Shown: one piece after another, positions 16,801-26,700 of the stretch
Layout of the letters: each line of letters begins with the position of its first letter
How positions within the stretch are numbered: position 1 is the stretch's first letter
Assembly (NCBI GenBank): GCA_963718515.1
Contig: OY970354.1
Span: 1 to 44,362, forward strand
From: an uncultured bacterium
GTDB lineage: Bacteria > Patescibacteriota > Minisyncoccia > UBA6257 > 2-01-FULL-56-20
DNA: 44,362 nt
Direction: 5' to 3'
The notes under the pieces: generated by a model
Database searches by the model: none
What the model was told of the DNA's origin: nothing
The model's input: only the letters and a program-made list of their open reading frames with translations
Translations under genes and position numbers: made by a program

Positions 16801-19196
16801 GTAACTGTGTAGCTTATGATCGGTGATCCGCCAGTAGATGACGCAGTGAATGTTATCGTCGCTTCCCCATTTCCACCTGTTGCAACGACGCTCGTTGGAG
16901 CGCTTGGTGTTGTCGCCGGTGTCACCGAGTTGCTGGTGCCAGACGGAATGCTCGTGCCGACCGCATTGGTCGCCGTCACGGTAAATGTGTATGCCGTGCC
17001 GTTATTCAAGCCTGTTACGGTGATCGGACTGCCCGTCGAGGTGGCAAACGCTCCGGTGTTTGCAGTGACGGTGTAGCTTGTGATAGTAGAACTGCCAGTG
17101 TTCACCGGTGGCGCGAAGGTGATCGTGGCTTGCGTGCTACTCGCTGTTGCCGTGACGCTGGTTGGCGCATCGGGCACGCCCGCCGGCGTGACGGAATTGG
17201 ATGCCGTGGATGTTGCGCTGATTCCAAACGCGTTCGTCGCCGTCACGGTGAAGGTGTATGTCGTGCCGTTATTCAATCCCGTCACCGTGATCGGACTGCC
17301 AGTGGAACTTGCAGCAAATCCGCCGACATTCGAAGTGGCGGTGTAGTAAAGAATTGCACTGCCACCATTCGTGTCAGGAACGGTAAAGGAAACCGCGGCT
17401 GCCGAATTGCCGCGAATGGCACTTACCGAAGTCGGCGCATCCGGCACCGTTGCCGGCGTCACGGAATTCGATGCAGTGGACGCGGTGCTCGTGCCAACTG
17501 AGTTCGTTGCCGTGACGGTAAAGGTGTACGCGGTGCCGTTGCTCAAGCCGGTGATCGTGATCGGTGACGATGTGCTTGTGGCAGTGAATCCGCCCACGTT
17601 CGAGGTGACAGTGTAGCTAATAATAGAGGAGCCGCCTGTGCTCGTCGGCGCACTAAAGGTGATCGTTGCCTGCGTGCTCGTAGTAACGGCTGTCACAGAA
17701 GTTGGCGCGCCGGGCACCGTCGCAGGCGTCACCGAATTCGATGCGCTCGAAGGCGTGCTTGTGCCGATTGCATTCGTCGCGATCACCGTAAACGAATAAC
17801 TCGTGCCGTTGCTCAGTCCTGTCACCGTGATCGAGTTCCCGGTCGAGCTCGCGGAAAATCCTCCCGCGCTCGACGATGCAGTGTAGTAGAGGATCGGCGA
17901 TCCGCCGGTGGACGACGCAGTGAACGTGATGGTTGCCTGACCATTGCCGCCGGTCGCGACGACATTCGTCGGCGCCGCAGGTACGGTCGCTGGCGTCACC
18001 GAATTACTAACGCCGGAGACCGAACCCGTTCCGATCGCATTCGTTGCCGTAACGGTAAATGTGTATGCCGTGCCGTTATTCAAACCCGTCACGGTAATGG
18101 GACTGCCTGTTGAAGTTGCAGAGATATTATTCGGATTCGAAGTGACGGTGTAGCTAATAATAGAGGAGCCGCCGGTGCTCGATGGTGCGCTAAAGGTGAT
18201 CGTCGCCTGACCATTGCCAGCGGTCGCGCTCACGCTCGTCGGTGCACCAGGAACGCCGATCGGGGTGACTGAATTTGATGCGGTGGAGGACGAACTCGTT
18301 CCCGCCGCATTCGTTGCGGTGACCGTGAACGTGTATGTGGTGCCGTTGCTCAAGCCGGTGATCGTGATCGGTGATGCGCCGCCAGTTGCAATGAAGTTAC
18401 CGATGTTTGACGTAACCGTGTAACTTGTGATCGGCGAACCGCCGGTGCTCGATGGTGCGCTAAAGGTGATCGTCGCTTGCGTGCTTGTGGCAACGGCTGT
18501 CACGGCAGTCGGCGCGCCAGGCACTGTCGCAGGCGTCACTGAATTGCTCGTGGCAGATGGCGTGCTCGTTCCCACTGCATTTGCTGCTGTGACCGTGAAG
18601 GTATATGTCGTTCCATTAGCTAAACCGGTCACGGTAATCGGACTTCCGGTCGAGGTGGCGCTGAACGTATTCGTGTTATCGATCGCAGGGGTAACGGAGT
18701 TTGATACAGTGGACGGCGAACTTGTTCCGGCTGCGTTCGTTGCTGTGATGGTGAACGTATACGCGGTGCCGTTGCTCAAACCGGTGATCGTGATCGGTGA
18801 TGAGCCGCCGTTCGCAGTGAAATTACCGATGTTCGATGTGACAGTGTAATTTGTGATCGGCGAACCGCCGGTTGACGATGCCGTGAAGGTGATCGTTGCC
18901 TGACCATTACCACCAACTGCCGCGACATTTATCGGTGCGCTTGGTACAGTCGCCGGAGTCACTGCATTGCTCGTGCCGGAAGGCGTGCTTGTTCCGGCCG
19001 CATTCGTTGCAGTAACGCTGAACGTGTATGTGGTGCCGTTGCTCAAACCGGTGATCGTGATCGGTGACGATGTGCTTGTGGCGCTAAATCCCCCAATATT
19101 TGAGCTGACTGTGTAGCTAATAATAGAGGAACCACCCGTGCTCGATGGTGCACTAAAGCTTATCGTTGCTTGCGTGCTCGTAGCAACAGCCGTCAC
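13887..19196 (-). CDS. C-terminal fragment (1,769 codons) of the split giant surface-protein gene: ~17 tandem FN3 domains, a unique beta-rich domain, poly-Gly, and a PG-binding domain
   Basis: - Repeats of ~90 aa (PGAPTSVTAVATSTQATITFSAPSSTGGS.I.SYTVTSN...SPITITGLSNGTTYTFTVTATNAAGTS).
- The C-terminus reads G8SSG8...LLNLLITELQALLKEAQ...RDLTIGSTGADVTSLQEFL...YFGLITQAALAEYQ.
- The annotated M is a GTG inside a repeat, with no signal peptide. Confidence 0.85.
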   Translation of the reverse strand: MTAVATSTQATISFSAPSSTGGSSIISYTVSSNIGGFSATSTSSPITITGLSNGTTYTFSVTATNAAGTSTPSGTSNAVTPATVPSAPINVAAVGGNGQATITFTASSTGGSPITNYTVTSNIGNFTANGGSSPITITGLSNGTAYTFTITATNAAGTSSPSTVSNSVTPAIDNTNTFSATSTGSPITVTGLANGTTYTFTVTAANAVGTSTPSATSNSVTPATVPGAPTAVTAVATSTQATITFSAPSSTGGSPITSYTVTSNIGNFIATGGASPITITGLSNGTTYTFTVTATNAAGTSSSSTASNSVTPIGVPGAPTSVSATAGNGQATITFSAPSSTGGSSIISYTVTSNPNNISATSTGSPITVTGLNNGTAYTFTVTATNAIGTGSVSGVSNSVTPATVPAAPTNVVATGGNGQATITFTASSTGGSPILYYTASSSAGGFSASSTGNSITVTGLSNGTSYSFTVIATNAIGTSTPSSASNSVTPATVPGAPTSVTAVTTSTQATITFSAPTSTGGSSIISYTVTSNVGGFTATSTSSPITITGLSNGTAYTFTVTATNSVGTSTASTASNSVTPATVPDAPTSVSAIRGNSAAAVSFTVPDTNGGSAILYYTATSNVGGFAASSTGSPITVTGLNNGTTYTFTVTATNAFGISATSTASNSVTPAGVPDAPTSVTATASSTQATITFAPPVNTGSSTITSYTVTANTGAFATSTGSPITVTGLNNGTAYTFTVTATNAVGTSIPSGTSNSVTPATTPSAPTSVVATGGNGEATITFTASSTGGSPIISYTVTSNSGGFTATGGASPITITGLSNGTAYTFTVTATNAVGTSTASTASNSVTPATTPGAPTSVTAVATSTQATISFSAPSSTGGSAILYYTASSNVGGFTASSTGSPITVTGLTNGTTYTFTVTATNAIGTGLISGTSNSVTPATTPSAPTNVSATGGNGQATVSFTASSTGGSPITNYTVTSNSGGFTATGGNSPITITGLSNGTTYTFTVTATNAVGTSTISGTSNSVTPSTMPDAPTSISATGGNGQATITFTAPANNGGSAITSYTVTSNIGGFTATGGASPITVTGLTNGTTYSFTVTATNGAGTSTSSGSSNSIIPATVPSAPISVSATAGVAQATITFTASSTGGSPILYYTATSNVGGFTASSTGSPITVTGLNNGTTYTFTVTATNAVGTSTLSGTSNSVVPAAAPNAPTGVSATGGNGEATITFSAPTSTGGSSIISYTVTSNVGNFTASGGASPITITGLSNGTPYTFTVTATNSVGTSTASAASNSVTPATVPDAPTNVAASVGNQSAGVAWSAPADNGGSPIISYTVTSNNNISVVSTGTTAVVTGLNNGTAYTFTVTATNAVGTSTVSGTSNSVTPAGVPGVPTNLAATVEDSAVALSWSAPSSTGSSAITNYVVEYELSTGGTWAPFSDGTSTTPDITVTGLANGNSYDFRVSAVNAVGQGIATSPVSATPGPPAQVLIQSFSGLTTPTISTAVRITNEGATAYEYTYTWCVTNNETDQCGGSGSIFSSTDEKLIQPGQNFDTVLNSTVPSAGNYWFHLAVQFGSSVSEADQSFTATAPASGGGGGGGGGSSGGGGGGGGTGVIASYIPPTSATGSATSTVISSNSTSGSSTLAQEELLNLLITELQALLKEAQAQGITIPLSTDAYLNGESGTYQLSAIPRDLTIGSTGADVTSLQEFLVTKDVGPDATALANVGATGYFGLITQAALAEYQATVGITPAQGYFGPITRAYLRSIGD
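14750..19196. repeat. Tandem coding repeat array, period ~265-270 bp (FN3 units)
   Basis: The protein periodicity is ~90 aa. Long exact DNA recurrences exist, for example 68 nt at 15454-15521 equal to 17602-17669. Confidence 0.85.
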
Positions 19197-20760
19197 GCCG
19201 GTCGGCCGATCCGTTCACCGCAACCGCGCCTTCAGAATATGCGTTATAAATTGTTCCAAGATTTTCTCCCACAAAATCTCCGCCGTAAGCGATACCTCCA
19301 ACAACACCAGCCGAAGTAGCGCCAGCAATTCCGCCGGTGCCTCCGGTGCCCGCAGATTGTCCGGCTCCGCCTTTTCCACCATTACCGCCTGTGCCGCCGG
19401 TTCCACCTGGCCCCCCGGCATGATTTCCAACACCAAGCGATCCATTACCACCAGTGCCGCCCACACCTCCTGCTCCGCCATTTGCTGCCAACGATGTTAC
19501 CGTTCCCCCCGCGTATGAATTTAAAATGACACCGGTCGCGGAGTTGTTTGCGGTAAGTCCGCCGGCATACGATGCGCCGCCCGTTCCACCAGCGCCACCG
19601 GTGCCGCCGCTCGCCGCAGTGGATCCGGAAATATTTCCGCTCGCGCCCCCCGCGCCGCCGACACCCGTGGTGCCAACTCCCCCGCTCACCGAATCAACAT
19701 TTCCTAACGCGTATGACGTTCCTTGAATGACTCCTGTGTTCACGCCGAGGAGTCCACCCGCGTACGATGCGCCGCCGTTTGCGGTAGCGCCTCCGGCACC
19801 GCCAACGCCGCCGAGCGCGCCTGAACCACCCGTGCCGCCAATGACTCCCGTCGCTCCGTTACCGCTCGCGCCCCCCTGGGCCGTCACGTTGTCCGTGGAA
19901 TAACTTGTTGTGACGGCGAGATCGGTGATCGCGCTCGCGCTCGTTTGCGCGATGAGTCCACCAGCGTATGCGGCACCACCAACACCGCTTGAACCGCCGG
20001 CGCCCGTTGCGCCTCCAGCCTTAGTAGATCCTCCGGAGCCAGATGTGCCGGCGCTGCCACCGTTTCCTCCGGTACCGCCAGTTGAGGTGGCATTATTTCC
20101 AATCGAGAATGAAGAAAGATAATTGATCGCACCGGTTGTGACGCTCACGTATCCCATCAAGCCACCGGCGTCCGCTTCGCCTCCGGCACCACCGGCACCA
20201 CCGGCACCACCGGCACCACCGATGGAACTTGCCGCGCCGTTCGAACCGATACCACCGGTGTTGCCCGTACTCCCCGTTCCTCCATTCGCGCTCACACTCC
20301 CACTCGCGTAAGAAGTTTCTACATCGATCTGTCCTGTCGTGATTCTATTATTACCAACGAGACCTCCTGCGTACGATGCGCCGCCAACCGCTGCGGTCAC
20401 TGCGCCGCCGCCGGCGCCGCCGGTGACGGTGGTTCGCGACGGACCGCCGTTTCCTGATGTGCCCGCTGTTCCCGCGCCGCCTCCGAATGAAGAAACATTT
20501 CCTGTTGCGAAATCGTTGAGGAAGTTGCTCGTACCGGAACTGAAGCTATTGTATCCAACCAAACCGCCGGCATCAGCTTCGCCGCCGACACCCGCAGAGC
20601 CGCCGAGTGCGCCGGGCGATCCGGCGGCAGTCGACGTTGCAAGCGATCCATCGCCGCCGTTTCCGCCGACACCTCCATTGCCACCAAGGCCGCCGGTCGA
20701 GGTAACATTTCCCGTTGCGCTCGAATTAAGTATTTGTAAAATTTGCGTGGTGCCCGTCAT
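19153..20760 (-). CDS. Middle fragment (535 codons) of the split giant gene: Gly/Ala-rich GLUG-like repeats
   Basis: The repeats have the form (Y/A)AGGL(V/I)G.N...I..SYA.G.V...GG.GG.G. The same frame stays open and in repeat register upstream of its first Met, back to a TGA at fwd 20896-20898. Confidence 0.8.
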   Translation of the reverse strand: MTGTTQILQILNSSATGNVTSTGGLGGNGGVGGNGGDGSLATSTAAGSPGALGGSAGVGGEADAGGLVGYNSFSSGTSNFLNDFATGNVSSFGGGAGTAGTSGNGGPSRTTVTGGAGGGAVTAAVGGASYAGGLVGNNRITTGQIDVETSYASGSVSANGGTGSTGNTGGIGSNGAASSIGGAGGAGGAGGAGGEADAGGLMGYVSVTTGAINYLSSFSIGNNATSTGGTGGNGGSAGTSGSGGSTKAGGATGAGGSSGVGGAAYAGGLIAQTSASAITDLAVTTSYSTDNVTAQGGASGNGATGVIGGTGGSGALGGVGGAGGATANGGASYAGGLLGVNTGVIQGTSYALGNVDSVSGGVGTTGVGGAGGASGNISGSTAASGGTGGAGGTGGASYAGGLTANNSATGVILNSYAGGTVTSLAANGGAGGVGGTGGNGSLGVGNHAGGPGGTGGTGGNGGKGGAGQSAGTGGTGGIAGATSAGVVGGIAYGGDFVGENLGTIYNAYSEGAVAVNGSADRRDGCCYEHASNDKL

Positions 20761-23700
20761 GCGTCCGATAAGTCCTCCGCCGTATGTTGCGGCACCTGCG
20801 CCGCCCGCACCTCCAGCGCCGCCGGCCGCGGCGGTGCCGGTCGTGAGAGTGCTTCCTGATGTTCCGCCGGTTCCGCCGTTACCGCCAAGTCCGCCTCAGA
20901 ATATGAGTTTGATTGGATCACTCCCGTGCTATAACCGACAAGTCCTCCGGCATACACACCACCGCCAGCGCCTCCGGCACCGCCAACGCCGCCAACTCCG
21001 CTCAGCGCCGTACCGGTTCCTGCGCCGCCCGCACCGCCTTGAGCAGACGCACCACCGGCGCCACCGTTTGCGGTGACAGTTCCAGTTCGAGCATAAGAAT
21101 TTGTGATCGTCCCTAAAATATTTTGACCGACGAGGCCGCCTGCTTGTACCGCGGAACCGATGACTCCTCCGCTTGCACCTCCGGCGCCGCCAACACCGCC
21201 GCCGCCGCCAGCATGGTTTGTTCCCGCTGATCCATTTCCTCCAGCACCGCCGGTTCCGCCAGCACCGCCGGTTCCGCCGGTGGTCGTAACACTTACTGTT
21301 GCGTAAGAATTATTGATAATTGCTTTCGCTGAAGTATTGTATCCCACTAATCCACCGACATTGGTAGCGCCGCCGACTCCGCCCGCAGCGCCGTTGCCGC
21401 CGACCGCAGCAGTACCGCCCGATATATTTCCGCTTGCGCCCGCGCCACCGCCACCGCCACCGCTTCCCGCGTTGCCTCCGTAATCGGTAATAGAACCGGT
21501 TTGATAATACGAATTTTGAATGGTGTCGCCCGCATTTTCTCCAATGAGACCGCCAGTATATGTTGCGCCGCCGGCGCCGCCAATGACTCCCGCGCCGCCG
21601 ATACCTCCGATCGCGCCCGATCCACCGGCGCCGCCCGTGCCTCCGGAGCCGCTATTTCCTCCCGCACCTGCGGCAGTATTTATGACACCGGTTGCATAAG
21701 AATTACTGATCACGCCCGACACTAAATATCCGGCGAGGCCACCGGTGTATGCTGCAGCACCGGCGCCGCCCGATGCGCCGGCGCCGCCGGCGCCGCCGGC
21801 AGCCGCATTTCCGGTTCCACCCGCGCCGCCCGATCCGGCAATTCCACCGGCGCCCGCGATGACCCCTACATTGCCGTTGGCATAAGAGCTATCAATATTG
21901 ACTGTCGTGTTTGTGTATCCCACCAGCCCTCCCGTATACGTAAGTCCACCAGCACCACCTGCGCCACCGGTTCCACCCGCACCACCGACGGTAGATGTCG
22001 CAGCGTTACCGCCAGCGCCACCGGTTGCTCCAGCGCCGCCAATATCTCCGGCCACGGTAACATTTCCAGTCGCGGAAGAATTATCGACCGATGATCCTGC
22101 GCCGCTAAGATCTCCGATCAATCCTCCGGCGTTTGTTGCAGTGGCTTGAGTAGTACCGCCGGCGCCTCCCGCGCCGCCAGTACCGCCGAGCGCTCCGTTC
22201 GTACCCGCAGCAGGAGTTCCTCCAAGACCTCCCGTGTCGGAAGCGACGGTTACGTTATCGGTAGAAAAAAGATATGAAAAAATCACGTCAGCCAATGAGT
22301 TGTGGCCTACCGCGCCACCGATAAAGATTGCGCCCGTTGTAGCTCCAAGACCTCCCGTTCCCCCTTGACCATTTTTACCTCCACCGCTTCCCGGATTTCC
22401 TCCGGTTCCACCTGCGCCACCGGCGCCGGCAACACCGCCAGCGATAACCGCGATCGTTCCTCCGGTGCTCGTGGAGTTTGAAATATTTCCGTTGCCTTGC
22501 CCGGCCAATCCTCCTAAATATACGTTGCCGCTTGAACCTCCTGTTCCGCCAGTACCCGCAACACCGCCGTTGTGTCCACCGGTTCCAAGCGTTCCATCAC
22601 CACCTGTACCGCCCGTGCCTCCCGCACCGCCCGATGCGTTGCTGGTACTCAAACTACCCGTGACGACAGAATTGCTGATCACTCCCGGATTGTCACCAGT
22701 AATTCCACCCATATATGTTGCACCACCCGCGGCACCATTTCCTCCGTTGCCGCCGCTCGCCGCAGTGCCTCCCGATATATTTCCGCTCGCACCGCCATTG
22801 CCGCCATTTCCCGCGAGTCCCGCGATGCCGCCTTCAACACTAATGGTCGTGACCGTGTAGTTGATACCGGTGATGATGCCCGTGTTCGAACCGGTGACCC
22901 CGCCGCCGTACGCAGCGCCGCCTGCACCGCTCGCTCCGCCCGTGCCACCAGCACCGCCGATCGCTCCAGCGGTGTTTCCTCCGGCGCCGCCAGCACCACC
23001 GGTTCCACCAGCGCCGCCCGTGCCACCGGTTGAAGTGATGGTTCCTGTCGCGTTCGCAATGCTGATCGTAGTACCAAGAACTCCGTTCCATGCAATAACT
23101 CCTCCGGCGTACGCGGCGCCACCAGCACCTCCGGCGCCGCCAGTAACTCCTGCGACTCCCGCAACTCCTGCACCGCTCGATCCGCCGGCGCCCGCAATGT
23201 TTCCTGAACCACCACTACCACCCGATGAAGATGCATTGCCCATTGCGTAACTACTCGAGCTTACAATCGCAACATTGTATCCGACCAATCCTCCCCCGTA
23301 CGCCGCGCCTCCGGCACCGCCACCGCCGCCCGCAATGCCCGCAGCGCCCGCGACCGCGTTGCTCGAGTTGCCGCCACTCGGCGATGCGCCGGGCGTAGCT
23401 CCGGTGCCGCCGATCGCTGTCGCATTTCCTGTTGCGTAAGAATTACCTTCAACGATGCCGTTCGTATTATTGTAACCAAGCAATCCTCCGACGTATGCCG
23501 CACCACCAGCTTCCGAAATTCCGCCGGTTGCACTAAATGCGCCGCCGGTTGCACCGGTGGATCCATTTCCTCCAGCGCCGCCCGCGCCCGCAGATCCTCC
23601 CGCACCGCCGGTGGCGATCGCATTTCCTGTTGCGTAAGAATTTTCGATAACGCCGTTACTCAAACCAACCAAGCCTCCCGAGTACGCAACGGCTCCTACA

Positions 23701-26700
23701 AAGTATGCACCGCCAACTCCTCCGACTGCGCCAGTACCACCTGCGCCGCCTGCACCACCGCTTCCCGAACTGCCGCCATTTGCGGTGACAGCAACCGACG
23801 CATAAGAATTTGATTGAATGACACCGGCAGAATTATTTCCGATGGCACCGCCGGCATACGCGATCGCGCCCGCGCCTCCCGCGCCGCCGACACCGCCGGC
23901 GCCGCCAAGCGCGCCTGATCCACCGACACCGCCAGTACCACCGGTTGCGCCACTACCACCCGCACTTGCAGTCGCGGTCACTGAACCGGATTGAATATAT
24001 GAATTAGTGATTGTGGCCGTGTTGATTCCTGTGATACCTCCAGCGTATGCCGCAGCTCCAGCGCCGCCAGCACCACCGGTTGCGCCAATCGCACCGACAT
24101 GACTCGCTCCGCCGGCGGCGCCACTGCCCGCAGTTCCCGCTGCACCACCGGCGCCGCCCGCTGATGCGATGGCAGTCACGATGGTCCCACTTGCATAGGC
24201 ATTAGTAATCTCGTTGCTATTATTACCAACGATGCCTCCGGCATAAGCGATTGCTCCGGCGCCACCGGCTCCTCCGGCGCCACCGGCTGCGGCTGTTCCT
24301 GAATTAAAGGTGGCAGTCGTGGCGCCGCCCGTGCCGCCCGTGCCGCCAGCTGCGGCAATTCCGGCAGTCGACGTTACATTTCCTGTGGCGTAAGAATACG
24401 TTGACGTCCCGGCCGTGATGACTCCTGAACTTTGCCCGGCAAGACCTCCAGCAGAAGCAACTCCGCCAGCTCCGCCGTTGCCCGCGGTTCCTCCAGCACC
24501 GCCAATCGCACCCGCACCGCCATTACCACCAAGGCCGCCGTTGCCCGCGGTTCCTCCCGCACCACCCGTAACCGCGACACCCCCAGTCTCGTACACCGTA
24601 TTTATTGGTCCTAAAATATAATCGCCGATCAGACCTCCGCCAAACGCAGCGCCTCCGGCACCACCTGCTGCTCCAGTGCCTCCCGATCCACCCGTCGTGC
24701 TGGTAGCTCCAGTGCCTCCCGATCCACCCGCGCCACCAGTACCACCGGCACCAGCAATAGAAGAAATATTTCCAGTCGCATATGAATAGAGTATTTCTCC
24801 ATTGGTCTGATAACCAACTAATCCTCCGACATAAGAGATGCCTCCCACGGCTCCGCCGCTCCCTGCTACACCGGCGATACTCGAAGTTCCATTCGTACCG
24901 GTTGCTCCCGCACCACCCGCTCCTGCGATTCCGGTGACATTTCCGGTTGAATAATCATTTAAAAATGTGGAGCCGGTATTATTACCGACAAGGCCTCCGG
25001 CGTAAATGTTTGCCCCAGTCGTTGCCGTTCCGCCTGCGCCGCCAAGGGCGCCGCTCCCTCCTACGCCTCCAACTCCAGCGGCACCTCCGGCTCCCGCCGT
25101 TCCCATCACTGAACCTGTAGTATAAGAGCTTCCCGTTATGGTAAGCGTATTATTTCCTGCGAGTCCTCCAATGTAGAGGATGCCGCCTGCGCCGCCCGTG
25201 CCGCCACCCATACCAGCGATGTTTGCCAAACCCGCCGCTCCGGTTCCACCCGCACCACCCGCACCTCCGATGCCCGTCACAGAATTTTGCGCGGTGGAAG
25301 TTTGAATTGCGCCGGTATTATTTCCCACCAACCCGCCACCATAGATCGATGTAACATTTGCCGATCCGCCGTTGCCCGTCGTACCGTCGGTGCCGTTCGT
25401 CCCAGTCGATCCTTTGGCACCGCCGGCGCCGCCCGATGCGCCAGTGCCGCCTGCACCGCCCGTGACCGTAACCAATCCCGTCAAAGAATTCGCGCTCGTG
25501 ATACTTCCTGAGTTGAGCCCAACGAGTCCTCCTGCGTATGCGCCACCCCCCGCACCGCCAGCGCCACCATTACCGCCCGTGCCTCCGGTGACCGCAGTAC
25601 CCGACGCAGCGCTTCCTCCGACACCACCAACTTGTCCATTGAGGCCAGCCGATCCGATTGCCGTAGAGGAGCCGATTGCATACACGGGATTCGCGGCGCC
25701 GGTGATCACTCCGCCAATATTGTTTTGCGCGACAAGGCCTCCGGCATATGCAGTGGCTCCCGCGCCGCCCGCGCCTCCGACTCCGCCGGATGCAGCGGTG
25801 CCCGTTGTGGCCGCAGCACTTGCTCCGGCATTACCTCCCGCAGATCCACTTCCTGGAGTGCCGCCGGTTGCTTGCACATTGCCACTTGCATATGAAGCGT
25901 TCTGGATCGTCCCTAAATTTTCTGCAACGAGACCTCCGGCGTATGCGACGCCTCCGGCCGCACCCGCACTTCCGGCACCACCGGCGCCGCCGAAAGATGT
26001 TCCGCCGCCCGCGCCGCCGATTCCCGTACTGCTCGCACTTCCGCCGGTACCTCCGATCGCAAACACCGCTCCCGTGGAATCAGAATTTATGATGACGCCT
26101 GAGTTGACCCAGCCGATCAGTCCACCGGCGTATGCGACAGCACCCGCGGCCGGCGCTCCTGTTCCGCCGCCTGCGCCGCCGGTTCCCGTTCCCAAGTTAA
26201 CGCCGCCCGCACCGCCCGCGCCTGCAGCGCCGCCAGCGCCGCCCGTCGCTTGCACTGTTACTGACGAAGTTGCGGCGGTGATGTTACCTTGCGCTGAATA
26301 TCCGACAAGACCTGCGGCATACACGACGCCTCCTGCGCCGCCGCCGAGCGAAGTTCCACCTGCAGCGGCAGTTGTTGCACCGCTTGTTGTTGATCCACCT
26401 GCGCCACCGTTTCCGGATGCGCCGCCAGTCCCACCGGTGCCGGTCACGCTTCCGGAAACAGTCGAGTTCGTGATGCTGCCAGTGTTATATCCTACCAAGC
26501 CGCCGATGTAGAGCGTGCTCGCCGCACTGCCTGCGGCGCCGCTGCCGCCCGCGGTCGGCGTCGTGCTCGATGCGCCTGCGGCGCCGTTCGTTCCACTTGT
26601 GCCGTTCGTGCTCGTTGCAGTGATCGATTCATTTGTGAGCACGACGTTCTGAATGCTGTTAGCGGAATATCCAAAGAGACCGACATAGTTCAAAAGATTT
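19200..26700. repeat. ~7.5 kb of degenerate coding repeats (GLUG-like motif plus GGxGGxG tracts); the coding strand is very G-rich
   Basis: There are dozens of recurrences of YAGGL(V/I/T)G...NSYA(T/S)GNV...GGAGG in the translated minus strand. Pro-rich mirror ORFs appear on the plus strand. Confidence 0.8.

Noticed and set aside
14750-19196. A regular ~268-bp periodicity could superficially suggest a CRISPR-like or satellite array.
   Set aside because: The period is far too long and there is no repeat/spacer alternation. The repeats are in-frame FN3 domains of one ORF.
19153-20900. Stop-codon reassignment (for example UGA as Gly, as in some candidate phyla) could explain the broken giant gene.
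   Set aside because: Continuity requires a change of reading frame, not read-through of a stop. Housekeeping genes here end normally with TAA, TAG or TGA, and no in-frame TGA interrupts them.
19454-26511. Many long plus-strand ORFs lie antisense to the giant gene, for example 25372..26511 (379 aa), 20339..21076 and 22861..23250. They encode Pro/Ala/Val-rich proteins.
   Set aside because: They are mirror images of GGN/GCN-rich minus-strand codons and are stop-poor by composition. They have no starts or signals of their own, and each overlaps a far longer coherent minus-strand frame.
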